A DNA stretch of 64,000 nt from Nitrospirota bacterium (lineage in GTDB: Bacteria > Nitrospirota > Thermodesulfovibrionia > Thermodesulfovibrionales > Dissulfurispiraceae). Of this stretch, positions 19,211 through 27,589 are shown in pieces. The stretch is from the NCBI GenBank assembly GCA_963710375.1, contig CAVPZX010000003.1, positions 128,001 through 192,000 on the forward strand, given 5' to 3'. Position 1 is the first letter of the stretch; every line of letters begins with the position of its first letter. The notes under the pieces are model-generated. The model saw nothing but the letters and a program-made list of their open reading frames with translations. It made no database searches and had not been told where the DNA came from. The translations under genes were made by a program, and so were the position numbers.

Positions 19211-21652
19211 ATGGGGAAAAAAAGTAAAAAACGAGTCGATGAGAGCAATTTAATCCGGTCTGATAATACATCTGCCTCGCATGAATCTTCCGGTCCGCAG
19301 TCATTGGCTAAGAACACCTTCGCTTCTAAAGCGCCTGCTGTTGGTGTCCATATAGCATGCCTGGTTTTTTTCATCATCATAATTTATTCCAATACCCTCA
19401 ATGCTCCGTTTCAGTGGGATGAGAGTTTCTTTATTGTCGATAATCCAATTATCAAAAACCTCCATTATTTCACAAGCCCGGCGACTGCAAAAGGGTTTAA
19501 GCTTTACACTGCTCTCATAAATAGATATGTCGGGTATCTCACCTTTGCCCTCAACTACAGGGTGCACGGCTTATCCGTGACCGGCTGCCATATCGTCAAT
19601 ATCGCTATCCATATCGCTAACTCCGTGCTGGTGTATTTATTTGTTTTAATCACATTCAGAACTCCGTTTTTCACTAAAACGGTGAATGGTGAAGAAGTGA
19701 AAGGTGAAGAGAACGTGAATGGTGAATGGGTGAATAGTGAATTAAAACCAGAAAAAAAGTCTTTCACTATTCGCGATTCACTATTCACTATTCACCATTC
19801 ACAGTCTTTAAACGATTCACAGTCTTTCATTGCTTTTTTCTCCGCGGCCATATTTGCAGTTCATCCTATACAGATAGAGGCAGTGACCTATGTGTTCCAG
19901 CGGTTTGCCTCTCTTGTGACATTTTTCTATCTGCTTTCTCTGGTAGCGTATACAAAATCAAGGCTGATGGCGGAAGGCGAATGGCGAAAGGGAAAAGGCA
20001 ATTTCGGGAGCGTCTTTCGCCTTCAGTCGTCTACTGTTTGGTTCTACATCGTTGCCTTAATTTCAGCTATTCTCGCCATGAAGACAAAGGAGAATGCCTT
20101 TACGTTGCCTATTGTGATCGTGTTGTATGAATTCTGTTTCTTCAGTCCTTCTCCCCGTGTTCCCGTGTCCCGGCGTCTCCGTTATCTTATCCCCATAGTC
20201 TTAACGCTAGGGATTATACCGCTTACTCTTATCAGTCTGACCGGGACTCATAACCTTGACCCCGGGGCATATGGGGCCAGTGAGTTTCCGCGGTGGGAAT
20301 ATTTTTTCACACAGTTCAGGGTCATTGTCACCTACCTGCGTCTGCTGTTCGTTCCTGTAAACCAAAATCTTGATTACGACTATCCCCTGTTTACATCTTT
20401 CTTCGACCCACATGTAATAGCGTCATTTCTGTTTCTCTCAGCGCTTTTTGTACTGGGTATATACATGATAACAGGCAATAGGCATTGGGCAATAGGCAAT
20501 AGGACGAAAGCTGAAAGTAAAGCAAACAGTTCACGATTCACGATTCACGATTCACGGTCTTTCAGGTTAATCGGTTTCGGGATACTATGGTTTTTTATTA
20601 CACTTTCGGTTGAGTCAAGCATTATACCGTTGGCGATGATTATAACTGAATACCGTGTGTATCTGCCCTCGGTTGGGATTATCATGAGTGTAGTTACTGG
20701 GGCTTTTATGCTAAAAGAAAGGCTGCGTGCCTCCCGGCTATCTATTGTTGGTTCACAAAAGTCCGGAAAGATTATAATGGGTATCTTAGCCCTTATACTT
20801 GTAGTTCTGTCAGTTGCAACCTATATGCGCAACGAAGTGTGGGGTGACGGCATAAGGCTATGGGAGGACACCGCCAGGAAATCCCCTGCCAAGGCACGTG
20901 CGTATTTTGCTCTTGGCAATATCTACAAAGATCGTAACATGCCTGATAAGGCAATAGAAAACTATCTGATCGCTATTAAGCTGAAACCGGACTATGTGGA
21001 GGCATATAAAAGTCTTGGCACCACCTACAAAGATCGTAACATGCCTGATAAGGCAATAGAAAACTATCTGACCGCCATTAAGCTGAAACCGGACGATGCA
21101 GATGCGCACGTTTATCTCGGTATCGAATATAAATCTCTCAACATGAATGATAAAGCTATGGAGCAGTATCTGGTTGCTATTAAAATGGAACCTAATAATG
21201 ATAAAGCGCATAACAATCTTGGCATTATCTATCAGGATATTAATATGACTGACAAGGCTATAGAGCAGTATCTTATTGCTATCAGGCTGAATCCGGATGT
21301 AGCGGAAACACATTATAATCTTGGACTTATTTATCAGGCGTCTAACCTGTATGACAAGGCCGTGGACCAGTATCTCATAGCTATCAAGCTAAAACCGGGG
21401 CTAGCTCAAGCCCATTTTAATCTTGGCAATGCCTATCAGGCCCTTAATATGATTGATAAGGCTATAGAACAATATTCGATTGCCATCAGGTTAAAACCAC
21501 AAGGTTACGCATATCCTCATTTCAATCTTGGGCTCCTCTACTATAAGATGGGGCAAACAGGAAAGGCGCGCCAGGAATTAACGGCTGGATTGATGATAAA
21601 GCCGGATGTCCAATGGGCACAACAATTACTAAAATCGATCCCGTCAGACTGA
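19211..21652 (+). CDS. Polytopic membrane protein with C-terminal TPR array (TMTC/DUF1736-like, putative GT-C glycosyltransferase)
   Basis: FQWDE..IVDNP luminal loop; HIVNIAIH, FAVHPIQIEAVTY, KTKEN, YLRLLFVP...DY and EYRVYLPS motifs; about nine TPRs. Confidence 0.8.
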   Translation: MGKKSKKRVDESNLIRSDNTSASHESSGPQSLAKNTFASKAPAVGVHIACLVFFIIIIYSNTLNAPFQWDESFFIVDNPIIKNLHYFTSPATAKGFKLYTALINRYVGYLTFALNYRVHGLSVTGCHIVNIAIHIANSVLVYLFVLITFRTPFFTKTVNGEEVKGEENVNGEWVNSELKPEKKSFTIRDSLFTIHHSQSLNDSQSFIAFFSAAIFAVHPIQIEAVTYVFQRFASLVTFFYLLSLVAYTKSRLMAEGEWRKGKGNFGSVFRLQSSTVWFYIVALISAILAMKTKENAFTLPIVIVLYEFCFFSPSPRVPVSRRLRYLIPIVLTLGIIPLTLISLTGTHNLDPGAYGASEFPRWEYFFTQFRVIVTYLRLLFVPVNQNLDYDYPLFTSFFDPHVIASFLFLSALFVLGIYMITGNRHWAIGNRTKAESKANSSRFTIHDSRSFRLIGFGILWFFITLSVESSIIPLAMIITEYRVYLPSVGIIMSVVTGAFMLKERLRASRLSIVGSQKSGKIIMGILALILVVLSVATYMRNEVWGDGIRLWEDTARKSPAKARAYFALGNIYKDRNMPDKAIENYLIAIKLKPDYVEAYKSLGTTYKDRNMPDKAIENYLTAIKLKPDDADAHVYLGIEYKSLNMNDKAMEQYLVAIKMEPNNDKAHNNLGIIYQDINMTDKAIEQYLIAIRLNPDVAETHYNLGLIYQASNLYDKAVDQYLIAIKLKPGLAQAHFNLGNAYQALNMIDKAIEQYSIAIRLKPQGYAYPHFNLGLLYYKMGQTGKARQELTAGLMIKPDVQWAQQLLKSIPSD

Positions 21653-21788
21653 ACATGCATAAATCAGGAGGGCAATGATGATGTGTACTGCAAGATTGAA
21701 TATACGGGGAACTCCCTCGTATTTTAAAAGTGACTTCCAATGTGGTATAAAATAAAGTTACGGCTTAACTTCTTTGGGAGAGATCAAG

Positions 21789-22258
21789 ATGAAATTAGCA
21801 CTTATAGTTTTAATTATACCGTCGTGTTTTCTGGCCGGCGTTGTTTCCGCTCAAGACTGGTCAGGCTATAGATATTTAAATAGAAACTTAGAGGTCTGCA
21901 GTCGGGAATTAGAGGCAATGCATGCGACCACACCTCTCAACACGGATCGGGTGATAAGGACCGGGTATTGCAATCCTTGCCTCAAGATGCACAAGACAAG
22001 ATGCTTTATATGTCTTACGTTGAGAGCATGATCGCAACGAACTTTATACTGCCGCGTGGTTTCTATAATAACCTCTCTGCGATTATCACCTTTAAAATTT
22101 CTCGAGATGGAAATATTACCAACAAGAATTTAGAGAGAAGATCCGGCAATCTCAGTTTTGATATGACTGCAATGCAGGCAATAGATGCTGCTACACCATT
22201 TGGCCTCCCGCCAAGAGAATTGACAGGAATGGAGATAAGGGTGACATTTCACCCATAG
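21789..22258 (+). pseudogene. TonB/TolA C-terminal domain protein, apparently frameshifted from its signal-peptide ORF
   Basis: The upstream frame has a signal peptide (MKLALIVLII...VSAQ). The downstream frame has ITFKISRDGNI...RRSGNLSFD..AMQAI...PF..PP...RVTF. Confidence 0.6.
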
Positions 22259-22312
22259 AGGCAAAGCAAAAAGTGAGGAGTGTGTCTTTATTCACTTCTC
22301 ACTAGCCTTTAT

Positions 22313-22349
22313 TGGTGAAATCGCTAACCCGGACTTGGTGTTTTCACTA
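22313..22349. promoter_or_regulatory. Putative enhancer (UAS) for the sigma54 activator
   Basis: Tandem TGGT-N6-(A/G)C(C/T)A-like dyads; also at 18138, 19068 and 24701. Confidence 0.55.
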
Positions 22350-22424
22350 ATTTGATGAGGCCGGTTATCCCTTCTCCCAGCAATATCCCTCAATAGATCA
22401 ATAGCATATTATATGTGTTCAGGC

Positions 22425-22440
22425 TGGTACAATCTTTGCT
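22425..22440 (+). promoter_or_regulatory. Putative sigma54 -24/-12 promoter
   Basis: TGGTACAATCTTTGCT (GG-N10-GC). Confidence 0.7.
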
Positions 22441-22477
22441 TTTTCACAGATGTTTGAACAAACGGAGGTCCTTATTA

Positions 22478-22954
22478 ATGGCTGAAAATATACAAGCATA
22501 CGACACCATGATCACCAACCCACCCTTGTTGATCGGCGAGGACCAGCCATATATAGAAAATACCGATAGACAGAAATACCGAAAATCATCTTTGTCCGAT
22601 GATCAATCGTATGACATTCTCAAACAATTGCTCCATGTAATGAGAACAGACCGGCCTTTTGTCGATCCGGAACTCACCCTTCCGAAGCTTTCGAGCAGGC
22701 TTTCTGTATCTACCCATCACCTGTCACAAGTACTTAACGGAACCTTAAGAAAGAATTTTTATCACTTTGTCAATGAATACCGCACAAGGGAAGCCGGGAG
22801 GCTTTTGTTCTCTCCTGAATCCAGCCACTTATCGATCCTTGGCATCGCTATGGAGGCGGGATTTAACTCCAAGAACGCCTTCTATTCGGCCTTCAAAAAA
22901 CATACTGGGATGACCCCTTCACAATTCAGGCAACACAGGAGAAACGCTGACTAG
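22478..22954 (+). CDS. Stand-alone AraC-family HTH regulator
   Basis: LTLPKLS...HHLSQVLN...FYHFVNEYR...IAMEAGFNSKNAFYSAFKKHTGMTPSQFR; GGAGG RBS before ATG 22478. Confidence 0.88.
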   Translation: MAENIQAYDTMITNPPLLIGEDQPYIENTDRQKYRKSSLSDDQSYDILKQLLHVMRTDRPFVDPELTLPKLSSRLSVSTHHLSQVLNGTLRKNFYHFVNEYRTREAGRLLFSPESSHLSILGIAMEAGFNSKNAFYSAFKKHTGMTPSQFRQHRRNAD

Positions 22955-23183
22955 GCGGAAGATCCACTATCACATAGAAGCCTGTAATTGAGCGGTTTTA
23001 TCCTTTCAGCTGAAACTGCTTAGCTATCACAACACATTGTAACTCTTCAGAAAAGCTGTCCCTTCCTATAGGATAGGACGACAAACCTCCTCAGATCTCT
23101 GTATTTTAATTGCAAATTAAAACTACAAGGCGACGGCGTTACCGGCTTATAACCAACAAGCACAAAAAGGATGGAGGCTTGCA

Positions 23184-24572
23184 ATGAAAGGATCAAAACT
23201 TTTAATGGTGATCGCGGCGACAACTGTGGTGACACTCGGTTTAAGCGGCATCTCCTACGCATTCCATGACGGCAGCGTAGCTTATTGCGACGGTTGCCAT
23301 ACCATGCACAATGCGCAGGGTTCGACCCCGATGCAAGGTAACAGCGGCGCTGCGGGGAAGGGAAAATCAAACGGTGTGCAGTTTACCGGTAATCTCTTCC
23401 TGCTCCAGGGAAGCGATCAGAGCTCGACCTGTCTTAACTGCCATGGATCAACGAGTGCCGGCATTTACTATGAATACACGATTGGTGCATCGACAGCCAC
23501 TGTTCCACTCAACTTCACTCCGGGTGGTGACTTTGGCTGGCTCCAGATCGTTCCTGGCAACGGTTCTAGTGCCGGGCAGCTTTACAGAAGAGGTCACAAC
23601 ATCGTCGCCGTTGACTATAGCTTGACCGCATCACCGGTGTTCACGACCGCCCCGGGTTCAAATACAGTAAATGCTTATCCCGCTAGTAATTTCCACTGCT
23701 CAAGCTGCCATGACCCTCACGGCACATACAGGCACACGGGAGGAGATCCAGGCGTCAGTAGTGATATTAAAAGCTCTGTCTTTACGAGCGGCGGCGCAGG
23801 CGTGCAGACCATTGGTTCAGGCTCTTATGGTCAAACCGCTGCAGGTCAAGGCGCCACAGGTACTGAGGCAGTAGGCGTTTACAGACTTCTTGCAGGTGCC
23901 AAATACTTGCCTGCATCTGTTTCTACTACAGCATCAGCTTTTGTTAACGATGCTCCCATAGCAGAGGCCCCCAGTTCCTACAACTCATCGGAAGGCGTTT
24001 TCGGTACTACGAGTACTTCCGCAGGTTTGGGCGGCGCTACTGCTGAGCTCATAGTGTCCTATGGCTCCGGCATGTCGGAGTGGTGTGCAAACTGCCATGG
24101 CGCTATTCTTCAGGGCGGCGGCTCGATGACCAATTTTATCCATCCTGCAGGAAAAGGTGCGAATCTCGGCGCAGCTACTCTCGGCGCCCAGACGCTTGCT
24201 GCGAATTACAATAGCTATATCGGGTCTGGCAATATGACGGGTACTAATGTATATACTTCGCTGATCCCGGTAGAGAATGGTTCGATAACTACAGGTGCTT
24301 CTCAATTCGGCGGTATTGCACCGACTGTTACCGGAAACAGCAACGTGATGTGCCTCACCTGCCACAGGGCACATGCTTCAGCCTGGCAGAACATGACGAG
24401 ATGGGACAACACTACCGAGCTTATTACGAATAACACCGGGTATGCTCAGGGTCCAATCATAACCTACAACTACACCACGGCCCAGTTCCCTGCTGCCTAC
24501 AACGGCAGGCCGTATACTGCATTCGTAGCAAACCAGCGATTGCTCTGTAATAAGTGCCACGCAAAAGACTGA
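23184..24572 (+). CDS. omcS: OmcS-family hexaheme cytochrome (nanowire subunit-like), copy 1
   Basis: Mature N-terminus FHDGSVAYCDGCHTMHN; TPGGDFGW, GHNIVA, CSSCHDPHG, GMSEWCANCH, CLTCHRAHAS and C-terminal LCNKCHAKD, all matching G. sulfurreducens OmcS motifs as I recall them. Confidence 0.88.
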   Translation: MKGSKLLMVIAATTVVTLGLSGISYAFHDGSVAYCDGCHTMHNAQGSTPMQGNSGAAGKGKSNGVQFTGNLFLLQGSDQSSTCLNCHGSTSAGIYYEYTIGASTATVPLNFTPGGDFGWLQIVPGNGSSAGQLYRRGHNIVAVDYSLTASPVFTTAPGSNTVNAYPASNFHCSSCHDPHGTYRHTGGDPGVSSDIKSSVFTSGGAGVQTIGSGSYGQTAAGQGATGTEAVGVYRLLAGAKYLPASVSTTASAFVNDAPIAEAPSSYNSSEGVFGTTSTSAGLGGATAELIVSYGSGMSEWCANCHGAILQGGGSMTNFIHPAGKGANLGAATLGAQTLAANYNSYIGSGNMTGTNVYTSLIPVENGSITTGASQFGGIAPTVTGNSNVMCLTCHRAHASAWQNMTRWDNTTELITNNTGYAQGPIITYNYTTAQFPAAYNGRPYTAFVANQRLLCNKCHAKD

Positions 24573-24608
24573 TTGTTAGCCCTTAGTTATTCAATGAGGT
24601 AAAATGAG

Positions 24609-24637
24609 ATGCCGGTCCTTACGGACCGGCATTTTTT
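24609..24637 (+). terminator. Rho-independent terminator after omcS copy 1
   Basis: ATGCCGGTCC-ttac-GGACCGGCAT followed by a T run. Confidence 0.85.
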
Positions 24638-24700
24638 AGTGCTCCACCTTTTTGTTCAGCTTTACACAGCTATCTCCAGTCACTTCTCACGTGTCTTTAC

Positions 24701-24736
24701 TGGTGAAACCGCTTACCAGACCTGGTGGATTTACCG
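24701..24736. promoter_or_regulatory. Putative enhancer (UAS) for the sigma54 activator
   Basis: TGGTGAAACCGCTT...TGGTGGATTTACCG, about 110 bp upstream of a -24/-12 site. Confidence 0.55.
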
Positions 24737-24811
24737 GTCCAATAGGGCATGGCATACCTGCAATGTGATAATAATCATTACATATCAATGACATAAATAA
24801 TTATCGCGAGC

Positions 24812-24827
24812 TGGTACAAACATTGCT
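24812..24827 (+). promoter_or_regulatory. Putative sigma54 -24/-12 promoter
   Basis: TGGTACAAACATTGCT (GG-N10-GC). Confidence 0.7.
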
Positions 24828-24847
24828 TTCTATAGATTTCGTTTAAC

Positions 24848-25807
24848 ATGAAAAGAAAACTACTAAACAAAACTCATCTAATCCTTTTTTCAGCGTTCAT
24901 CCTGGCAATCGCCTTAATGCCGGTGAAGGTCCTGGCAGCAAGGGGTTCGTATCTTTATAGTCTTTCCAATTTTGATGGTATCGCGCCGTTTAACTGGGTG
25001 CGGATGCATATTGATGATGCTACTGGAGAAGTCTACGTCGCTGATCCGGCAACTCAATCCATCGTAATTTTTAATAATGTCGGCATGCAAATCTATGATT
25101 TCGACACTAGTGAGTTCGGCAGGGTTATGGATTTCGCGGTAGACAATGAGGGCAATTTCCTGATTTTAACATCTCAGTATGGCTCTGCTGCCACTCTCAC
25201 GAAATGCAACTACCGCGGCGAATTTGTTTCGAGGACCGAATTCAAAGGCATTCCGCCCGGAATCGCATCGAACTTTTCCCCAAATCGTTTTTTCTACAAA
25301 AATAACCGCTTTTACCTCGCAAGCGATGGAGCGATGAAAGTCGTTGTAACCGACATAAACGGTATTTTCGAGTCAAGTTACGATCTTAAATCGATGCTTA
25401 AATTGGATGAGAAGACACTGCAGTCCAGCACAGGCATTTTCGGTCTCACGGTCGATAATGCCGGCAGGATACTCTTCACCATTCCCTCTGCATTTTCAGT
25501 GTATATAGTATCTCCCGACGGCACATGGACGTCTTTTGGCCAGCACGGCAGTACTCCCGGGAAATTCAATATTGTATCCGGGATTGCCGAGGACGATAAA
25601 GGGAACATATATGTAACCGACAAGCTCAAATGCGCGGTCATGGTCTTTGACCGGAACTATAACTTCAAGACAGAGTTCGGGTACAGAGGGTCAGCTAAGG
25701 ATAATTTGGTTGTCCCAGATGACCTTGCGGTCGATAAAAGCGGCAAGGTATATGTAAGTCAATCGAGGAACCGCGGCGTAAGTGTTTTTCATGTGGATAT
25801 TGACTAA
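24848..25807 (+). CDS. Exported NHL-repeat beta-propeller protein
   Basis: Signal peptide; GIAEDDKGNIYVTD and PDDLAVDKSGKVYVS repeats. Confidence 0.88.
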   Translation: MKRKLLNKTHLILFSAFILAIALMPVKVLAARGSYLYSLSNFDGIAPFNWVRMHIDDATGEVYVADPATQSIVIFNNVGMQIYDFDTSEFGRVMDFAVDNEGNFLILTSQYGSAATLTKCNYRGEFVSRTEFKGIPPGIASNFSPNRFFYKNNRFYLASDGAMKVVVTDINGIFESSYDLKSMLKLDEKTLQSSTGIFGLTVDNAGRILFTIPSAFSVYIVSPDGTWTSFGQHGSTPGKFNIVSGIAEDDKGNIYVTDKLKCAVMVFDRNYNFKTEFGYRGSAKDNLVVPDDLAVDKSGKVYVSQSRNRGVSVFHVDID

Positions 25808-25927
25808 TGCAGCAGGTGACCACGCAGCTTGTGTAAGGAGGTGACCGCACAGAAGGAAGATAAGCAGTAAAAATACGTAGTAAGCAGTTAGTGATTGATA
25901 CCGGTTTTACCGGTAATAAAAACCAAT

Positions 25928-26021
25928 CCTCTGTAAAAGGTAAACCCATCGTAAGGTGGGGGCACAAAGTCAACGGGTCCCTGTTCAGCCCATATGTAAG
26001 GGACGGCCGGATTGCCGGAGT
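25928..26021 (+). ncRNA. GEMM-I (cyclic di-GMP-I class) riboswitch in the omcS copy 2 leader
   Basis: GGUAAA-CCCAUC-GUAA-GGUGGG-GGCACAAAG core, P3 GUCCCU/AGGGAC, 3' GGCCGGAUUGCCG and P1 CUCUG/CGGAG. Confidence 0.85.
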
Positions 26022-26042
26022 CAAAAAAAGTGGAGGATTGCA

Positions 26043-27425
26043 ATGAAAGGAATCAAAGTTTTATTTGTTATCATGGCAGCGGCCCTGATAACACTTGGCT
26101 TAGGCAGTACTTCTTACGCATTCCATGACGGCGGCGTCGCAGTTTGCGACAGCTGCCATACTATGCACAATGCGCAGGGTACAACGCCGATGCAAGGTAA
26201 CAGCGTTTCAGGTTATGGAAAATCAAATGGTGTGCAGTTTACCGGTAATCCATTCCTGCTCCAGGGAAGCGATCAAAGCTCCACCTGTCTGAACTGCCAT
26301 GGAGCAACTACTACCGGCTCTTACCATGAATACACGCTTGGCGCAGCGACAGCTACTGTTCCACTCAACTATACTCCGGGTGGTGACTTTGGCTGGCTCC
26401 AGATCGTTCCCGCCAACGGTACTAGTTCCGGGCAGAATTACAGAAGAGGTCACAACATAGTTGCAGTGGACTACGGATTGTCCGCATCACCGGTCTTCAC
26501 GTCAGCCCCGGGCGCAAATACAGCAAATGCATATCCCGCAAGCAATTTCTACTGCTCAAGCTGCCATGATCCTCACGGCACATACAGGCACACAGGAGGA
26601 GATCCGGCCGTCAATAGTGATATCAAAAGCTCTGTCTTTACGAGCGGCGGCGCAGGCGTGCAGACCATAGGATCAGGCTCTTATGGTCAAACCGCTACAG
26701 GTCAAGGCGCCACAGGTAGTGAGGCAGTAGGCGTTTACAGACTTCTTGCAGGTGCGAAATATTTGCCTGCATCCGTTGCGATTTCAGCATCAGCTTTTGT
26801 TAACGATTCCCCCATAGCAGAGGCTCCCAGCACCTACAATGTATCGGAAGGCGTTTTCGGCACTACGAGCGGTACCAAAGGTGCCGGCGGCGCCACTGCT
26901 GAGCTTATAGTGTCCTATGGCTCCGGCATGTCGGAGTGGTGTGGAAACTGCCATGGCGCTATTCTTCAGGGCGCCACAATGGGCAATTTTATCCATCCTG
27001 CAGGAGCAGCTGCGACTCTCGGCACAACGACAGTCGGCTCCCAGACGCTTGCTGCGAATTATAATAGCTATATCGGGTCTGGCAATTTGTCCGGTACTAA
27101 TGTATATACTTCGCTGATTCCAGTAGAGAATGGTTCGATAACTACAGGTGCTTCTAAATTTACCGGTATTGCTCCGACTGTTAGCGGAACCAGCAACGTA
27201 ATGTGCCTCACCTGCCACAGGGCGCATGCTTCAGGATGGCAGAACATGACAAGATGGGACAACACTACAGAGATGATTACGAATACCACCGGGTATGCTG
27301 CGGGTTATACCCCAATCTACAACTACACCACGACCCAGTACCAGGCTGCTTACAACGGCAGGCCGTATGGTGCATTCGTAGCAAACCAGCGTTCACTCTG
27401 TAATAAGTGCCACGCAAAAGACTAA
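26043..27425 (+). CDS. omcS: OmcS-family hexaheme cytochrome, copy 2
   Basis: True start is ATG 26043 after GGAGG. FHDGGVAVCDSCHTMHN...LCNKCHAKD with 6 CXXCH; close paralogue of copy 1. Confidence 0.88.
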   Translation: MKGIKVLFVIMAAALITLGLGSTSYAFHDGGVAVCDSCHTMHNAQGTTPMQGNSVSGYGKSNGVQFTGNPFLLQGSDQSSTCLNCHGATTTGSYHEYTLGAATATVPLNYTPGGDFGWLQIVPANGTSSGQNYRRGHNIVAVDYGLSASPVFTSAPGANTANAYPASNFYCSSCHDPHGTYRHTGGDPAVNSDIKSSVFTSGGAGVQTIGSGSYGQTATGQGATGSEAVGVYRLLAGAKYLPASVAISASAFVNDSPIAEAPSTYNVSEGVFGTTSGTKGAGGATAELIVSYGSGMSEWCGNCHGAILQGATMGNFIHPAGAAATLGTTTVGSQTLAANYNSYIGSGNLSGTNVYTSLIPVENGSITTGASKFTGIAPTVSGTSNVMCLTCHRAHASGWQNMTRWDNTTEMITNTTGYAAGYTPIYNYTTTQYQAAYNGRPYGAFVANQRSLCNKCHAKD

Positions 27426-27452
27426 TTTAGCAAATGAAGTATAGTAAGTCGT

Positions 27453-27491
27453 AAGAAAAGAGGCCGGCAGCCGCCGGCCTCTTTTCTTTTT
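27453..27491 (+). terminator. Rho-independent (possibly bidirectional) terminator after omcS copy 2
   Basis: AAGAAAAGAGGCCGGC-agcc-GCCGGCCTCTTTTCTT followed by TTT. Confidence 0.85.
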
Positions 27492-27589
27492 ATCTTGTCC
27501 TGTATTGAATTATTACTGTTTTCTATTTTAGTATGTACCGTGATAGCGTATATCTTTATATGTACTTTAATTTAAGGGGGGGCATACTG

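Noticed and set aside
19681..19828. Possible CRISPR array or DGR template/variable repeats
   Set aside because: Units are 6-8 bp with no spacers; no cas or reverse transcriptase gene; the omcS and TPR duplications show no evident adenine-specific pattern.
22955..23183. Second GEMM riboswitch ahead of omcS1
   Set aside because: No GGYAAA/GNRA/CAAAG core found.
25956..26042. N-terminal extension of omcS2 in the ORF track
   Set aside because: It overlaps the riboswitch; the RBS and paralogue alignment put the start at 26043.
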